A stretch of 63,976 nt of DNA, counting the filler. It is 4 parts of 4 records of this genome, joined end to end, with 100 filler letters (N's around TTAATTAATTAA, not from the genome) between each part and the next. Parts side by side here need not be neighbours in the genome. Positions count along the whole stretch, not along the records: positions 1 to 18,897 come from SRR20825006_451; positions 18,998 to 39,984 come from SRR20825006_454; 2 more parts are not named here. The stretch is one strand, 5' to 3'. Numbering within the stretch: the stretch's first letter is position 1; the number at the start of each line of letters is the position of its first letter. A program made the position numbers and the translations under genes. The notes under the pieces are model-generated. The model saw nothing but the letters and a program-made list of their open reading frames with translations, had not been told where the DNA came from and ran no database searches. Below are positions 11,861 to 21,979 of the stretch, one piece after another.

Positions 11861-12061
11861 TTATTTACCGTATTTCTGACGGAATTTGTCAACACGACCA
11901 GCCGTGTCCAGCATTTTCTGTTTGCCGGTGTAGAACGGGTGGCATTCTGAACACACATCCAGAGTCAAGTCTGAAGTGCGTGTTGAGCGAGTTTTAAAGG
12001 CATTACCGCAGCTGCAGGTAACGTTAATCTCGGTGTATTCTGGATGGATATCCGCTTTCAT
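11861..12061 (-). CDS. rpmE: 50S ribosomal protein L31, zinc-binding type
   Basis: MKADIHPEY...CSCG...[12 protein letters not shown]...GRVDKF; ATG at 12061. Confidence 0.97.
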   Translation of the reverse strand: MKADIHPEYTEINVTCSCGNAFKTRSTRTSDLTLDVCSECHPFYTGKQKMLDTAGRVDKFRQKYGK

Positions 12062-12133
12062 ATCTGTACTCGTTAATGTGTGTTTGCTAAAAATCTCGCT
12101 CAAATCATCTAAGACGAGCTTCTGAACCGCATT

Positions 12134-12162
12134 ATTCTATAGATCATGATGCCGTCAGGCAA
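12134..12162 (-). promoter_or_regulatory. sigma70-type promoter for rpmE
   Basis: Minus strand reads TTGCCT-17 nt-TAGAAT. Confidence 0.6.
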
Positions 12163-12180
12163 GTCTGTTTAAAGCGGTTT

Positions 12181-12759
12181 TCAACGCGGCTTTTCAGCAA
12201 CCAGCATAGCCCGGTCCCGCCAGCCCTCGTTATGCTCTCCTAAAACCGATTCCTCTCGATACACTCGTACTTTGAGACCGGCGAACAAGGTCAGGAGTTC
12301 ATTATCTTTAAGAAGATAATCCGGGTTCGATGGTCCTTGCCCGGCAACTTTATCCCGGCAATAAGTCTGGTAAAACAACACACCGCCCGGTTTCAAAGCC
12401 GCTATCAGTGCCGGTACCAGTGCTCTGCTGAGAAAATGCGTAACAACCAGAACATCAAGACTCCGCGCCGGAGGCGGCTGCTGTTCGACATCAACCACTT
12501 CAGCGCTGATTGGCAGTCCTTGCTCAGCAGCCAGTCTGGAGAGCTGGTCGATCGCCACAGGCGAAATATCCCAACTCCGCACATGCAAGCCAGACTCAGC
12601 CAATAGCAAACTGTTTGCCCCCAGGCCGCAAGCCAAATCCATCGCCATACCGGATTGTGGCAGCAAGTGACGGTTATGTTTGAGCACCTCGGCTGCTTGA
12701 GATGCGTCCGCTCCGCGGTCGCGGTAAATGTGATCCCATTTTTGCTGATCCAGCGTCAT
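12181..12759 (-). CDS. Class I SAM-dependent methyltransferase, TehB-like
   Basis: MTLDQQKWD start coupled to the trkH stop (TAATG); DLACGLGAN and LKPGG motifs. Confidence 0.8.
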   Translation of the reverse strand: MTLDQQKWDHIYRDRGADASQAAEVLKHNRHLLPQSGMAMDLACGLGANSLLLAESGLHVRSWDISPVAIDQLSRLAAEQGLPISAEVVDVEQQPPPARSLDVLVVTHFLSRALVPALIAALKPGGVLFYQTYCRDKVAGQGPSNPDYLLKDNELLTLFAGLKVRVYREESVLGEHNEGWRDRAMLVAEKPR

Positions 12760-14210
12760 TAACGTCGCCAGAATGCCGGCGTCAATACCACCAGCAAGGT
12801 AAAGATTTCCAGCCGTCCCAGCAGCATTGCTATGCATAACACCCATTTCGACGGTGCATTGATATCGCCGAAGTTGGCGCCGACATCGCCGAGGCCCGGC
12901 CCCAGATTATTCAGACAGGCGGTCACCGCAGAGAAGGAAGTCACCACATCCAGCCCGGTCGACATCAAAAACAGATGCATGATACTGAAACAGAACACAT
13001 ACATCGCAAAGAAGCCCCACACCGCGCCGACCACCTTGGCCGGCAAGGCTTTGCCATTGACCTTGATAGCGAACACCGCATTGGGATGAATCAGACGCAG
13101 CACCTCACGATAGCCCTGCTTGAACAACAGCATAATACGTATCACCTTGATACCGCCGCCGGTGGAAAACGCACAGCCGCCGATGTAACTCGCCATCAAT
13201 AACAGAATCGGTAAGAAGCCGGGCCAGAGATAATAGTCAGTCGTGGTAAAGCCGGCCGTGGTGCCAATCGACACAGTCTGAAACACCCCCTGATGCACTG
13301 CGGTCCATAAGTCGTCAAATGTCTCGCTGAAATACAGATAGCTTGAGGTCACGACTGATATTACGGCCAGAATGGCGAGATAGGTACGCAACTCGGAGTC
13401 TTTCCAGTAATGCTTGATACTGCGATGACGCCAGGCGAGGAAATGCAGGGAAAAGTTCATGCCGGACACCAGCATGAAAGCCACTGTAATCATTTCAATC
13501 GTGGCGCTGTTAAAAAATCCCATACTGGCATCATGCGTCGAGAAACCACCGATGGCGACGGTAGAGAAACTGTGTCCCACCGCATCAAACCAACTCATGC
13601 CAGCCCAACGGAAAGCCAGCGCACAGGCGATAGTCAGGGACAGGTAGATATACCAGAGCGCCTTGGCCGTCTCGGTGATCCGGGGGGTCAGCTTGGCATC
13701 TTTCATCGGCCCCGGTGTTTCGGCGCGGTAGAGCTGCATACCACCGACGCCCAGCAGGGGCAGAATCGCGACAGCCAGGACCACGATCCCCATGCCACCC
13801 AACCATTGCAGAAACTGGCGATAGAACAAAACCGCCTTGGGCAAGGTATCCAAGCCGGTCAGTACCGTGGCCCCGGTCGTGGTCAGACCTGACATCGATT
13901 CAAACACCGCGTCGGTGAATGACATTTGAGGATATTCGGTCAAAAAGAACGGCAATGAACCTGACAGGCCCAGCGCAATCCAGAACATGACGACCACGAT
14001 AAAGCCGTCACGGATCTTGAGTTCTTTGCGGTGATGTCTTGCCGGCAGCCAGAAGCATAAACCGATGGTCAGCAGCATGATAAAGGCTGACAGGAAAGCC
14101 TGACTGGCCCCGTCACCAAAATACCAGGAAACCAGCACTGGTGGCAGCATGGTCATGCTGAATAAAGACAGCAGGATCCCGAGAATGCGCTGAATAGTCA
14201 GAAATTGCAT
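12759..14210 (-). CDS. trkH: Trk potassium uptake membrane protein
   Basis: ESMSGLTTTGAT, QWLGGMG, NNLGPG and GRLEIF motifs. Confidence 0.95.
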   Translation of the reverse strand: MQFLTIQRILGILLSLFSMTMLPPVLVSWYFGDGASQAFLSAFIMLLTIGLCFWLPARHHRKELKIRDGFIVVVMFWIALGLSGSLPFFLTEYPQMSFTDAVFESMSGLTTTGATVLTGLDTLPKAVLFYRQFLQWLGGMGIVVLAVAILPLLGVGGMQLYRAETPGPMKDAKLTPRITETAKALWYIYLSLTIACALAFRWAGMSWFDAVGHSFSTVAIGGFSTHDASMGFFNSATIEMITVAFMLVSGMNFSLHFLAWRHRSIKHYWKDSELRTYLAILAVISVVTSSYLYFSETFDDLWTAVHQGVFQTVSIGTTAGFTTTDYYLWPGFLPILLLMASYIGGCAFSTGGGIKVIRIMLLFKQGYREVLRLIHPNAVFAIKVNGKALPAKVVGAVWGFFAMYVFCFSIMHLFLMSTGLDVVTSFSAVTACLNNLGPGLGDVGANFGDINAPSKWVLCIAMLLGRLEIFTLLVVLTPAFWRR

Positions 14211-14219
14211 GGATTCGCT

Positions 14220-15698
14220 TTAGTCGGATTTTTTGTGACGATAATACGCCCACAGACACAACATCAACAACGACAGCAGCCAGATTGGCCAACGTTGCAG
14301 CGTAACGTAAGGTGTTTCGCCCTGTCTCGGCTGCACGGCCTGTGTCAGCGCAGCCTTTTCAAACTGTGGGGTTTGCGCCTGAATTTCCCCTTTGAAGTTT
14401 ACAAAAGCGGAAATTCCATTGGTGGTCGCCCGTACCAGTGGCCGGCCGGTTTCCAGCGCGCGGCTGCGGGAAATCTGCAAATGCTGATGCGGCGCGAAAG
14501 AATCACCGTACCAGGCATTATTGGTCGCATTCACCAGCAGGGTGGCCTCCGGCACAGTCTGCAGGACTTCGCTGGAGAAGACATCTTCATAGCAAATCGA
14601 TACGCCGACTTTCTGTCCTGCCGCTTCCAGTAAGGGCTGTTGCTGAGGACCGGGCACAAATGCCGACATCGGCAAGTCAAAAAAGGCAATCACACCACGC
14701 AACCACTCAAACGGCACATAATCACCGAAAGGAACCAGATGCCGTTTATGATAAAAGGCTTCATCCGAGCCCAGCGACATCATACTGTTGTAATAGCGAA
14801 TATTGTCGTCATCACTGACCGGCAGGCCCAGCAGAATATCGGTTTGATGCTGGCGTGCTTCCTCGCCCAGCGGCTTCAGATAAAAGTCTTGCAACTGATG
14901 ATAAAAGGCCGGCAGCGCGTTTTCCGGCCAGACCACCAGATCGGCACCCCAGTGCTGCTGGGTCATGGTCTGATAGAGCACCAGCGTATTGACCAGTTGC
15001 TCCGGTTGCCATTTGATCTGTTGCGGCACATTGCCCTGAATAATGGCAGTATCAATTGGCTCACCCACAGGATCAGTCCAGTCAATTTTGTTCAGAAAAG
15101 GACCTGCCGCCCAAACAGCCATGACCGGGAACAGCCACAACCATCGGCATTGCTTGATCACAACAAGCAAAGCACCGGCCGTCATTGCCAGTAATAATGA
15201 GGCACCGCTGATGCCGATTAAAGGTACATAGCCAGCCAGTGGACCTTCAATCTGGCTGACGCCGACTTCCAGCCAGGGGAAACCACTTAAAAACCAGCCT
15301 TTGAACAGTTCAAAGCCCAGCCAGCCGGCGGGCAGCAGGAGCAGACAATCAGAAACAGACCAGACTCCCGGGCTAAGCTTTTTAAGCACAAAGCCGAGAA
15401 CCGCAAGATAAAACGCGAGGAAAGCAACAAACAGGAAGGTCAGCAAGCCTGCCAGGATCATACCCGACTGGCCGAACACATGAATGGCAACAAAGATCCA
15501 GGAAACGCCGACACCGAACATGCCCAGACCGAACAGCCAGCCCCGCAGCGCCGCCTGTTTAGCGGTCGTGTCCCCCCAAGTCAGAAACAGCAACAACAGA
15601 CTGACCAGAGCCAGCGGATACAGAAAAAACGGCGCAAACGCCAGCGGCATCAACGCACCGGCCAGCAGTGCCAACCCATTACCTTTCCAGCCCTGCAT
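14220..15698 (-). CDS. lnt: Apolipoprotein N-acyltransferase
   Basis: QGNV, WPE, KRHLVPFGDY, ICYED and RATTNGIS motifs. Confidence 0.96.
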   Translation of the reverse strand: MQGWKGNGLALLAGALMPLAFAPFFLYPLALVSLLLLFLTWGDTTAKQAALRGWLFGLGMFGVGVSWIFVAIHVFGQSGMILAGLLTFLFVAFLAFYLAVLGFVLKKLSPGVWSVSDCLLLLPAGWLGFELFKGWFLSGFPWLEVGVSQIEGPLAGYVPLIGISGASLLLAMTAGALLVVIKQCRWLWLFPVMAVWAAGPFLNKIDWTDPVGEPIDTAIIQGNVPQQIKWQPEQLVNTLVLYQTMTQQHWGADLVVWPENALPAFYHQLQDFYLKPLGEEARQHQTDILLGLPVSDDDNIRYYNSMMSLGSDEAFYHKRHLVPFGDYVPFEWLRGVIAFFDLPMSAFVPGPQQQPLLEAAGQKVGVSICYEDVFSSEVLQTVPEATLLVNATNNAWYGDSFAPHQHLQISRSRALETGRPLVRATTNGISAFVNFKGEIQAQTPQFEKAALTQAVQPRQGETPYVTLQRWPIWLLSLLMLCLWAYYRHKKSD

Positions 15699-15717
15699 GC
15701 TTATGGCACTCCCTGTC

Positions 15718-16575
15718 TTATTCGTTATCGGATTCGGACTCTGGCTCAGGTGGCAGGATTTCCATCTTCATCAGGTAAAGCCGGCGGTTATCGGCCCGCA
15801 GCACCGTGAACAGGAACGAACCGATCGTGATTTGTTCACCACGCTGGGGCAGATGGCCGAACTGATTCATGACATAACCGCCGATGGTGTCAAAATCTTC
15901 ATCACTCCACTGACAGTTAAAGTGCTCATTGAACTCATCAACCGGTGTCAGCGCCTTGACGGTATAGGTGTTCTCATTGCGCTGCAGGATCGGCGTGTCA
16001 TCATCAAAGTCATGTTCATCTTCAATTTCACCGACGATTTGCTCGAGCACATTCTCAATCGTGACAATACCGGCGACACCACCATATTCATCGACCACGA
16101 TGGCCATATGATTACGACGGGCACGGAATTCCCGCAGCAGCACATTCAGGCGTTTACTTTCCGGGATAAATACCGCCGGACGCAGCAACTCGCGCAGTTC
16201 AAATTTGAAATCACCGCTGCTGACCACCGCTGACAGCAAGTCTTTGGCCAGCAGAATGCCGATCACATCGTCACGGTCATCATCAATGACCGGGAAGCGT
16301 GAATGTGCGGTTTCGGTGACCAGTTTGAGGGTTTCTTCCGCTGGCGCGTCACGGGAGACCATGACCACCTGCGAACGCGGGATCATGATATCGCGTGCCT
16401 GCATTTGCGAAACACTGAGCGCGCCTTCGACGATAGACAGCGCTTCAGAGTCGAGGATATGACGCTCGGATGCGGAGCGTATCAGCTCGATCAGTTGTTC
16501 CTGATCCTGAGGTTCCAGGAACAGGTTGCTTAATTTACGTACCCAGGATTGACTACTCGGTCGACCTTCACTCAT
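15718..16575 (-). CDS. corC: CBS/CorC magnesium-cobalt efflux family protein
   Basis: [14 protein letters not shown] and FDTIGG motifs; ATG 16575 overlaps the ybeY stop. Confidence 0.93.
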   Translation of the reverse strand: MSEGRPSSQSWVRKLSNLFLEPQDQEQLIELIRSASERHILDSEALSIVEGALSVSQMQARDIMIPRSQVVMVSRDAPAEETLKLVTETAHSRFPVIDDDRDDVIGILLAKDLLSAVVSSGDFKFELRELLRPAVFIPESKRLNVLLREFRARRNHMAIVVDEYGGVAGIVTIENVLEQIVGEIEDEHDFDDDTPILQRNENTYTVKALTPVDEFNEHFNCQWSDEDFDTIGGYVMNQFGHLPQRGEQITIGSFLFTVLRADNRRLYLMKMEILPPEPESESDNE

Positions 16576-17039
16576 GCGTGTTGTTCTCCCAGCCATTGAT
16601 AGGGATTGGCAATATTCATGGCCTGCAGAATGTTTATTTCCAAAGCTTCCATTTCTTCAGCTTCATCATCTTCAATATGATCATAGCCCAGCAGGTGCAG
16701 ACAGCCATGCACCACCATATGGGCCCAGTGGTCGGCGACCACTTTGGTCTGTTCTTCAGCTTCCCGCTCGACCACCGGCGCACAAATCACCAGATCGCCC
16801 AGCAAGCGGGGGCTAAGTTCAACCGGGGATTCAAAGGGAAAAGACAGTACATTGGTTGGTCCCTGTTTGCCGCGGTACTGGCTGTTTAGGTCTGCACTTT
16901 CGTCTTCATCAACGAGGCGGATGCTGAGTTCACAATCTTCGTCCAGATTCGCCAGTGCGGCCTCGGCCCATCGCTGAAACTGTGCCGGCTGTGGTGTACT
17001 ACCGTGGTAAACGCGCTGGAAATCCACCGTGACGGTCAT
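16572..17039 (-). CDS. ybeY: rRNA maturation endoribonuclease
   Basis: TNVLSFP and [15 protein letters not shown] motifs. Confidence 0.96.
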   Translation of the reverse strand: MTVTVDFQRVYHGSTPQPAQFQRWAEAALANLDEDCELSIRLVDEDESADLNSQYRGKQGPTNVLSFPFESPVELSPRLLGDLVICAPVVEREAEEQTKVVADHWAHMVVHGCLHLLGYDHIEDDEAEEMEALEINILQAMNIANPYQWLGEQHA

Positions 17040-18013
17040 GAGGGTTTATTCGCCTTATCGTAGGCCATAATAATTTTCTGTACCAGCTGATGACGCACAA
17101 CGTCCTTGGCCTGGAAGAAGGTGAAGCCGATACCGTCGACATCTTTCAGCACCTCAATGGCATGCCTGAGACCCGATTTCTGGTTGCCGGGTAAATCGAT
17201 CTGGGTGATATCACCGGTGATAACAGCGGTAGAGTTATAGCCCATCCGCGTCAGGAACATTTTCATCTGCTCGATAGTGGTGTTCTGCGCTTCATCGAGA
17301 ATAATGAAGGATTCATTCAGCGTCCGGCCACGCATATAGGCCAGTGGCGCGACTTCGATCACATTGCGTTCCATCAGCTTGGCGACACGTTCAAAGCCCA
17401 GCATTTCATAGAGCGCATCAAATAGGGGACGTAAGTAAGGATCGACTTTCTGCGCCAGATCACCGGGCAGGAAGCCCAGTCGCTCCCCTGCTTCCACCGC
17501 GGGCCTGACCAGCACGATACGACGGGCAAAGTCACGCTCTAACGCTTCCACCGCACAGGCCACTGCCAGATAGGTTTTACCGGTACCGGCCGGCCCAACC
17601 CCGAAGTTGATGTCATGGGTCATAATCCGGCGCAAATAGGTCTGCTGATTCTCACCGCGCGCCTTAATCAGGCCGCGCTTGGTTTTGATCACGACCTCTT
17701 TATCCGGCGCCATGTCAGGCGTCGTATCCTCGCCGCCGCTGTTACGAATGGCCAGATGAATCTGTTCCGGCATCAGCACCTGCTGTGCTGTGTCGGCATA
17801 CAAATCATGAATAACAGTCTGCACCAGCAGCAGGACATCGGCCGGGCCGATAACCTGAAACTTGATCCCGCGATTATTAATCTCGACACCAAAGCCACGC
17901 TCGAGCATTCTGATATGCTCATCCATATGGCCGCATAGGTTGGCGAGACGGGGATTATCGGCGGGACTCAGTTCGAAGCTGACGCTATCGAGCGTATGAG
18001 TAGAGTTGGTCAC
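17036..18013 (-). CDS. phoH: PhoH family ATPase (YbeZ-like)
   Basis: [25 protein letters not shown] and DEAQN motifs. Confidence 0.94.
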   Translation of the reverse strand: MTNSTHTLDSVSFELSPADNPRLANLCGHMDEHIRMLERGFGVEINNRGIKFQVIGPADVLLLVQTVIHDLYADTAQQVLMPEQIHLAIRNSGGEDTTPDMAPDKEVVIKTKRGLIKARGENQQTYLRRIMTHDINFGVGPAGTGKTYLAVACAVEALERDFARRIVLVRPAVEAGERLGFLPGDLAQKVDPYLRPLFDALYEMLGFERVAKLMERNVIEVAPLAYMRGRTLNESFIILDEAQNTTIEQMKMFLTRMGYNSTAVITGDITQIDLPGNQKSGLRHAIEVLKDVDGIGFTFFQAKDVVRHQLVQKIIMAYDKANKPS

Positions 18014-18030
18014 AATGGAATTCCAAATGC

Positions 18031-18897
18031 TTATGCTGTCACGCTATCAGTTAGCAATTCACCGCGCAAGGAGTTGCTGTGAGCCTCATTGATACGGACA
18101 TCGACGAATTGTCCGATGAGGGAGGGATCGCCCGGAAAGTTGACCACGCGGTTGTTTTCAGTGCGGCCGGCCATATCGCCACCACCACGGTGTGCCTCGC
18201 GTTCAACCAGAATTTTCTGGGTGGTGCCGACCATCGAGCGGGCATGCATATCTTCCAGTTCACGCAGCCGGTCCTGCATGATCTGCAGCCGTTGTTTTTT
18301 CACATCCTCAGGCACTGAGTCATGGAATGCCGCGGCTGGGGTGCCTGGACGGGCACTGTAGATAAAGCTGAAGGAATGGTCGAACTCAACGTCGTTGATC
18401 AAATCCATGGTGGCCTGGAAGTCTGCTTCGGTTTCATTAGGAAAACCGATAATAAAGTCGCTCGATAAACCGATATCGGGACGAATCGCCTTAATCCGCT
18501 GAATTTTTTCCAGGTACTCTTTTGCTGTATGGCCACGTTTCATCATCGCCAGAATGCGATCACTACCTGACTGTACCGGTAGATGCAGATGATTCACCAG
18601 TTCCGGCACTTCGGCAAAAGCCTCAATCAAACTGTCGGAAAACTCGACCGGATGCGAAGTGGTAAAGCGGATCCGCTCAATACCCTCAATCGCGGCAACA
18701 TAGTGAATCAGCAGTGCCAGATCAGCGGTTTCCTCGCCTTCAATGATGCCCTGATAGGCATTCACATTCTGACCCAGCAAATTAACTTCACGCACACCCT
18801 GCGCCGCCAGTTGGCGGATTTCCCTCAGGATTGGTCCCACCGGACGACTGACTTCCTCACCCCGGGTATAGGGCACCACGCAGAAGGTGCAGTATTT
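18031..18897 (-). CDS. miaB: tRNA-i6A37 methylthiotransferase; 5' end truncated at the linker
   Basis: ...[13 protein letters not shown] (part of the radical SAM motif), [17 protein letters not shown] and a C-terminal TRAM domain. Confidence 0.96.
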   Translation of the reverse strand, partial: KYCTFCVVPYTRGEEVSRPVGPILREIRQLAAQGVREVNLLGQNVNAYQGIIEGEETADLALLIHYVAAIEGIERIRFTTSHPVEFSDSLIEAFAEVPELVNHLHLPVQSGSDRILAMMKRGHTAKEYLEKIQRIKAIRPDIGLSSDFIIGFPNETEADFQATMDLINDVEFDHSFSFIYSARPGTPAAAFHDSVPEDVKKQRLQIMQDRLRELEDMHARSMVGTTQKILVEREAHRGGGDMAGRTENNRVVNFPGDPSLIGQFVDVRINEAHSNSLRGELLTDSVTA

Positions 18898-18997
18898 NNN
18901 NNNNNNNNNNNNNNNNNNNNNNNNNNNNNNNNNNNNNNNNNTTAATTAATTAANNNNNNNNNNNNNNNNNNNNNNNNNNNNNNNNNNNNNNNNNNNN
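18898..18997. other. Artificial contig linker
   Basis: N44-TTAATTAATTAA-N44; base composition and apparent taxon change across it. Confidence 0.98.
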
Positions 18998-19245
18998 AAG
19001 AATAAAGAGAAGAGAATATAGATTTTATGTTCTTATTCTTTTGAAAATCTTTAGTTTACCAGAAACAATAAAGAATTGGACAATTTACACAATCACAACT
19101 TTGTTACTTTGAGTTAAAAGTTACAAGGAAAAAAACTGACTAAAGCCTACATTTTACTGAACACTCCCGACTTCGGACTTTTTTATTTCCACATTTTCAA
19201 ATCATCATATTGACACATTTACAAATTTGAACCTTTGCCTCTACA
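18998..19245. repeat. Mosaic of degenerate 7-8 nt periodic repeats
   Basis: AAGAATA/AAGAGAA/GAGAATA at 18998; CACATTTT-CAAATCAT-CATATTGA-CACATTTA-CAAATTTG at 19190-19229; 19155-19181 matches 39694-39720 at 25/27. Confidence 0.65.
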
Positions 19246-19255
19246 ACCAACGGAA

Positions 19256-21703
19256 CTAATTAATCTTATAACAGATTATCGAGTTTTTATCGCCTACGGT
19301 AACCATTTCTAACTTTTTATCATTATCTATATCTGCTAAATCGATGGCAGAATCTCCATAGACAGGGAAGTTTTCCACTTGTTTTGCATTACTGTCAAAT
19401 AAATAAACCTTATGTGTTTGTTTGTCGGTTACGGTAACATAAATTTTATCGTTGATATAAAAGATTTCCGGTTTAGTGTAGATTCCAAAATCTAGCGTAG
19501 CTTTATTGTTTTTAATGGTTAAAATATTTTCAGAAATAGTAGCTAACGTATTAGCTGTTGCATCAATTAAATGGTTTTCTTTCAGTCCTAATTCAATTTT
19601 ATTTAATCCACCTTTTTGGTCTACCTGAATTAAATCTCCAGAAGAATTGGTAGTTGTAAACTTCTTATCATATAAATAAACTTCATTTCCAGAAAAATCT
19701 ATGGATCCTCTAACACGAATCCTTAAGTCTCCTGTGCGGTGAAGAATATCTAATTTTCCATCATTTTCTTGGAGGATAATGTAATCTTTATTTCCAATAC
19801 GAATATGTTTCGGACTATTAATAATAGTGTTTTCGGTTTCATCTAAAATAAAACCAGTAACCACTTTTCCGTAGCGGTCGTACATTTCTATTTTTTTACC
19901 CATTACCACCACAAAACGATAATCCTTATTATTGCTATAGTCAAAAACAGCTAGCGGTTGTGTAATGGTGTTTTTAAAATCTATAGGAAATGGAGAAACC
20001 TCATTCCCATTTCTATCTAGAATCATCATTTTATCGGTTGTATTAAAGGCAAGTTGTAAGCGTCCATTTCTGTATAAATCAACCTGAGATATTTCGCCAA
20101 TAATTTTACCGCTCAATTCTTTTTTCCATAAAACTTTTCCGTCTGTGTCAATTAGATAAAGGTTGTTTTTTACATCTTGCACAACAATTTCTTTCTTTTT
20201 GGTATGATGATTTATTGCAAACTGCGGATTCGTAGCAATATCTGCATCTAAAGTAGTACTATATAACTGTGTAATAATATTAGAACCAACGGTAGAGGTG
20301 TTTGCTTTTTTTAATAACGCATGGAAGTGTGCAAAATCTCCTTCAGCAATATATTGAAAGGCAATAAATTTATAATCTTTAAAAGATTTTTTAGCTACCG
20401 ATGCTTTAAAGTCCTCACTTAAAATAGCGCTGTCATTTTTTAGTTTTTCAAGATTCCCAATAATTAAAACAGAAGATTCATCTGCCAATTCGCTACGTAA
20501 ATTTTTATAAGATGGAAGTTGAGAAAGCGTAGCACTATTTTGATAATTTGAAATAATATCTTCTAATAGGTTTATCGACTCAGCAAAAACATAAAAGTCG
20601 TCCACTTTGGCAACATAATTTGTACTAACCCCTTTTGTAATTTTCGAAAAGTGAGTCTTAATTAAGTCTGTTTTATTTATTTCCCAAATATTATAATCTC
20701 TGTATGAAGTTTCTTCTTTTACAAATTTCTGAAGACGGTCTTCAAAATCAATATTATCTGAAGTTGTAAAAGCAAATATTTTTGTTTGCTGAAACCCAAT
20801 TTCTATCATTTCTGTAGCCTTATGAAAAAGAGAATCGCTCATTTGCTTCATTTCAGACTCATTTCCATTAATTGCAGGGTATGCTATAAAATAGGTAGCA
20901 TTTATAGGAACAATTTCTGAAGCAAAGCTAGTAGAGGGAGTTGTATGTTTAAAAGCATTTAAAGTGTTGTTGAGGGAGTCATTCGCTACAGCAATTCCGT
21001 TTAACTTGATATAATCTTGAGCAATGCTGGTATCAAAAGAAGTCCAATCGTTAAATTCCGTGAGATTGTTAGCTAGGCTTTTGGAAAGCACTCTTTTAAA
21101 AAAGCTAGTTCCTTTTTTATGATTAATAAAAATATTAGCAGGAACATTGTTTTGAGCTACTTGATATAATTTAGAAAGCTTTGGATTAGCTTTTAGGTGG
21201 TCTGAGTTTCTAATGATGTTTTCAATAATTAGACGAGAAGAAGAACCTATAAAGTGATTCCCAACATTGGTACTAAATAATTTCTTTCCTCCAATACTCA
21301 GTATTTTGATGGAAGCCCCTTCATAAGTAATGGTTTCTATTTTACGATTAACTGTAGAATCAATACTGAATAAGTTATTATGATTTTTACTTATAAAGGT
21401 GTAGTTAAACTCTTCTTTTCCAATTTCATTAAAAGCAAGAATAGAAGTGCCTTTAGGATTGATATATTTTAAGGTAGTTACTAAGGAGGCAGAATTCTTA
21501 TAAGAAGTACTTTCTTGAAGCAACTTGAGAAAGTCGTTATTAATTATTTCACTTTTAAAAGCTTGATAGTCGTTTATTTTAATAACAGCGGTAGCATGTC
21601 TTGGAGTATATGAAACTAAATCTTCCGTTTGAACGGTTTCTTTTTTTGCACAAGAAAGGGTTATAAGTAGCGATAAAAATAGAATCTTAACAACAAACTT
21701 CAT
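19256..21703 (-). CDS. Large Flavobacteriaceae-type lipoprotein with a probable C-terminal beta-propeller region
   Basis: 815-aa ORF; lipobox ITLSC; repeats such as LYLIDTDGKVLWK and DIDNDKKLE. Confidence 0.7.
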   Translation of the reverse strand: MKFVVKILFLSLLITLSCAKKETVQTEDLVSYTPRHATAVIKINDYQAFKSEIINNDFLKLLQESTSYKNSASLVTTLKYINPKGTSILAFNEIGKEEFNYTFISKNHNNLFSIDSTVNRKIETITYEGASIKILSIGGKKLFSTNVGNHFIGSSSRLIIENIIRNSDHLKANPKLSKLYQVAQNNVPANIFINHKKGTSFFKRVLSKSLANNLTEFNDWTSFDTSIAQDYIKLNGIAVANDSLNNTLNAFKHTTPSTSFASEIVPINATYFIAYPAINGNESEMKQMSDSLFHKATEMIEIGFQQTKIFAFTTSDNIDFEDRLQKFVKEETSYRDYNIWEINKTDLIKTHFSKITKGVSTNYVAKVDDFYVFAESINLLEDIISNYQNSATLSQLPSYKNLRSELADESSVLIIGNLEKLKNDSAILSEDFKASVAKKSFKDYKFIAFQYIAEGDFAHFHALLKKANTSTVGSNIITQLYSTTLDADIATNPQFAINHHTKKKEIVVQDVKNNLYLIDTDGKVLWKKELSGKIIGEISQVDLYRNGRLQLAFNTTDKMMILDRNGNEVSPFPIDFKNTITQPLAVFDYSNNKDYRFVVVMGKKIEMYDRYGKVVTGFILDETENTIINSPKHIRIGNKDYIILQENDGKLDILHRTGDLRIRVRGSIDFSGNEVYLYDKKFTTTNSSGDLIQVDQKGGLNKIELGLKENHLIDATANTLATISENILTIKNNKATLDFGIYTKPEIFYINDKIYVTVTDKQTHKVYLFDSNAKQVENFPVYGDSAIDLADIDNDKKLEMVTVGDKNSIICYKIN

Positions 21704-21979
21704 GGATACTTTAATTTTTTAGCAAAAATAGAGTTTAACGATAAAAAAAGTACAAAAATATGTTAAGACTTGATTTTTTGGATTTATAAAAAAAACTTTT
21801 TCTGACTAATTTTTTTGATAATCAGATACTATTGTAAGTTTTTTCTTTTAATAATGAAGAAATATGAATAATTGTGTTGTTTAAAATCTTTTAAATACGT
21901 AATATTTTATATGCATTTTTTTGTTTTTATTAAGAAAAAATTATGATATTGTAAGATGCTAAATTCAAATTAATTAAAT

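Noticed and set aside
18942-18953. TTAATTAATTAA palindrome as a biological site
   Set aside because: Identical in all three N linkers, so synthetic
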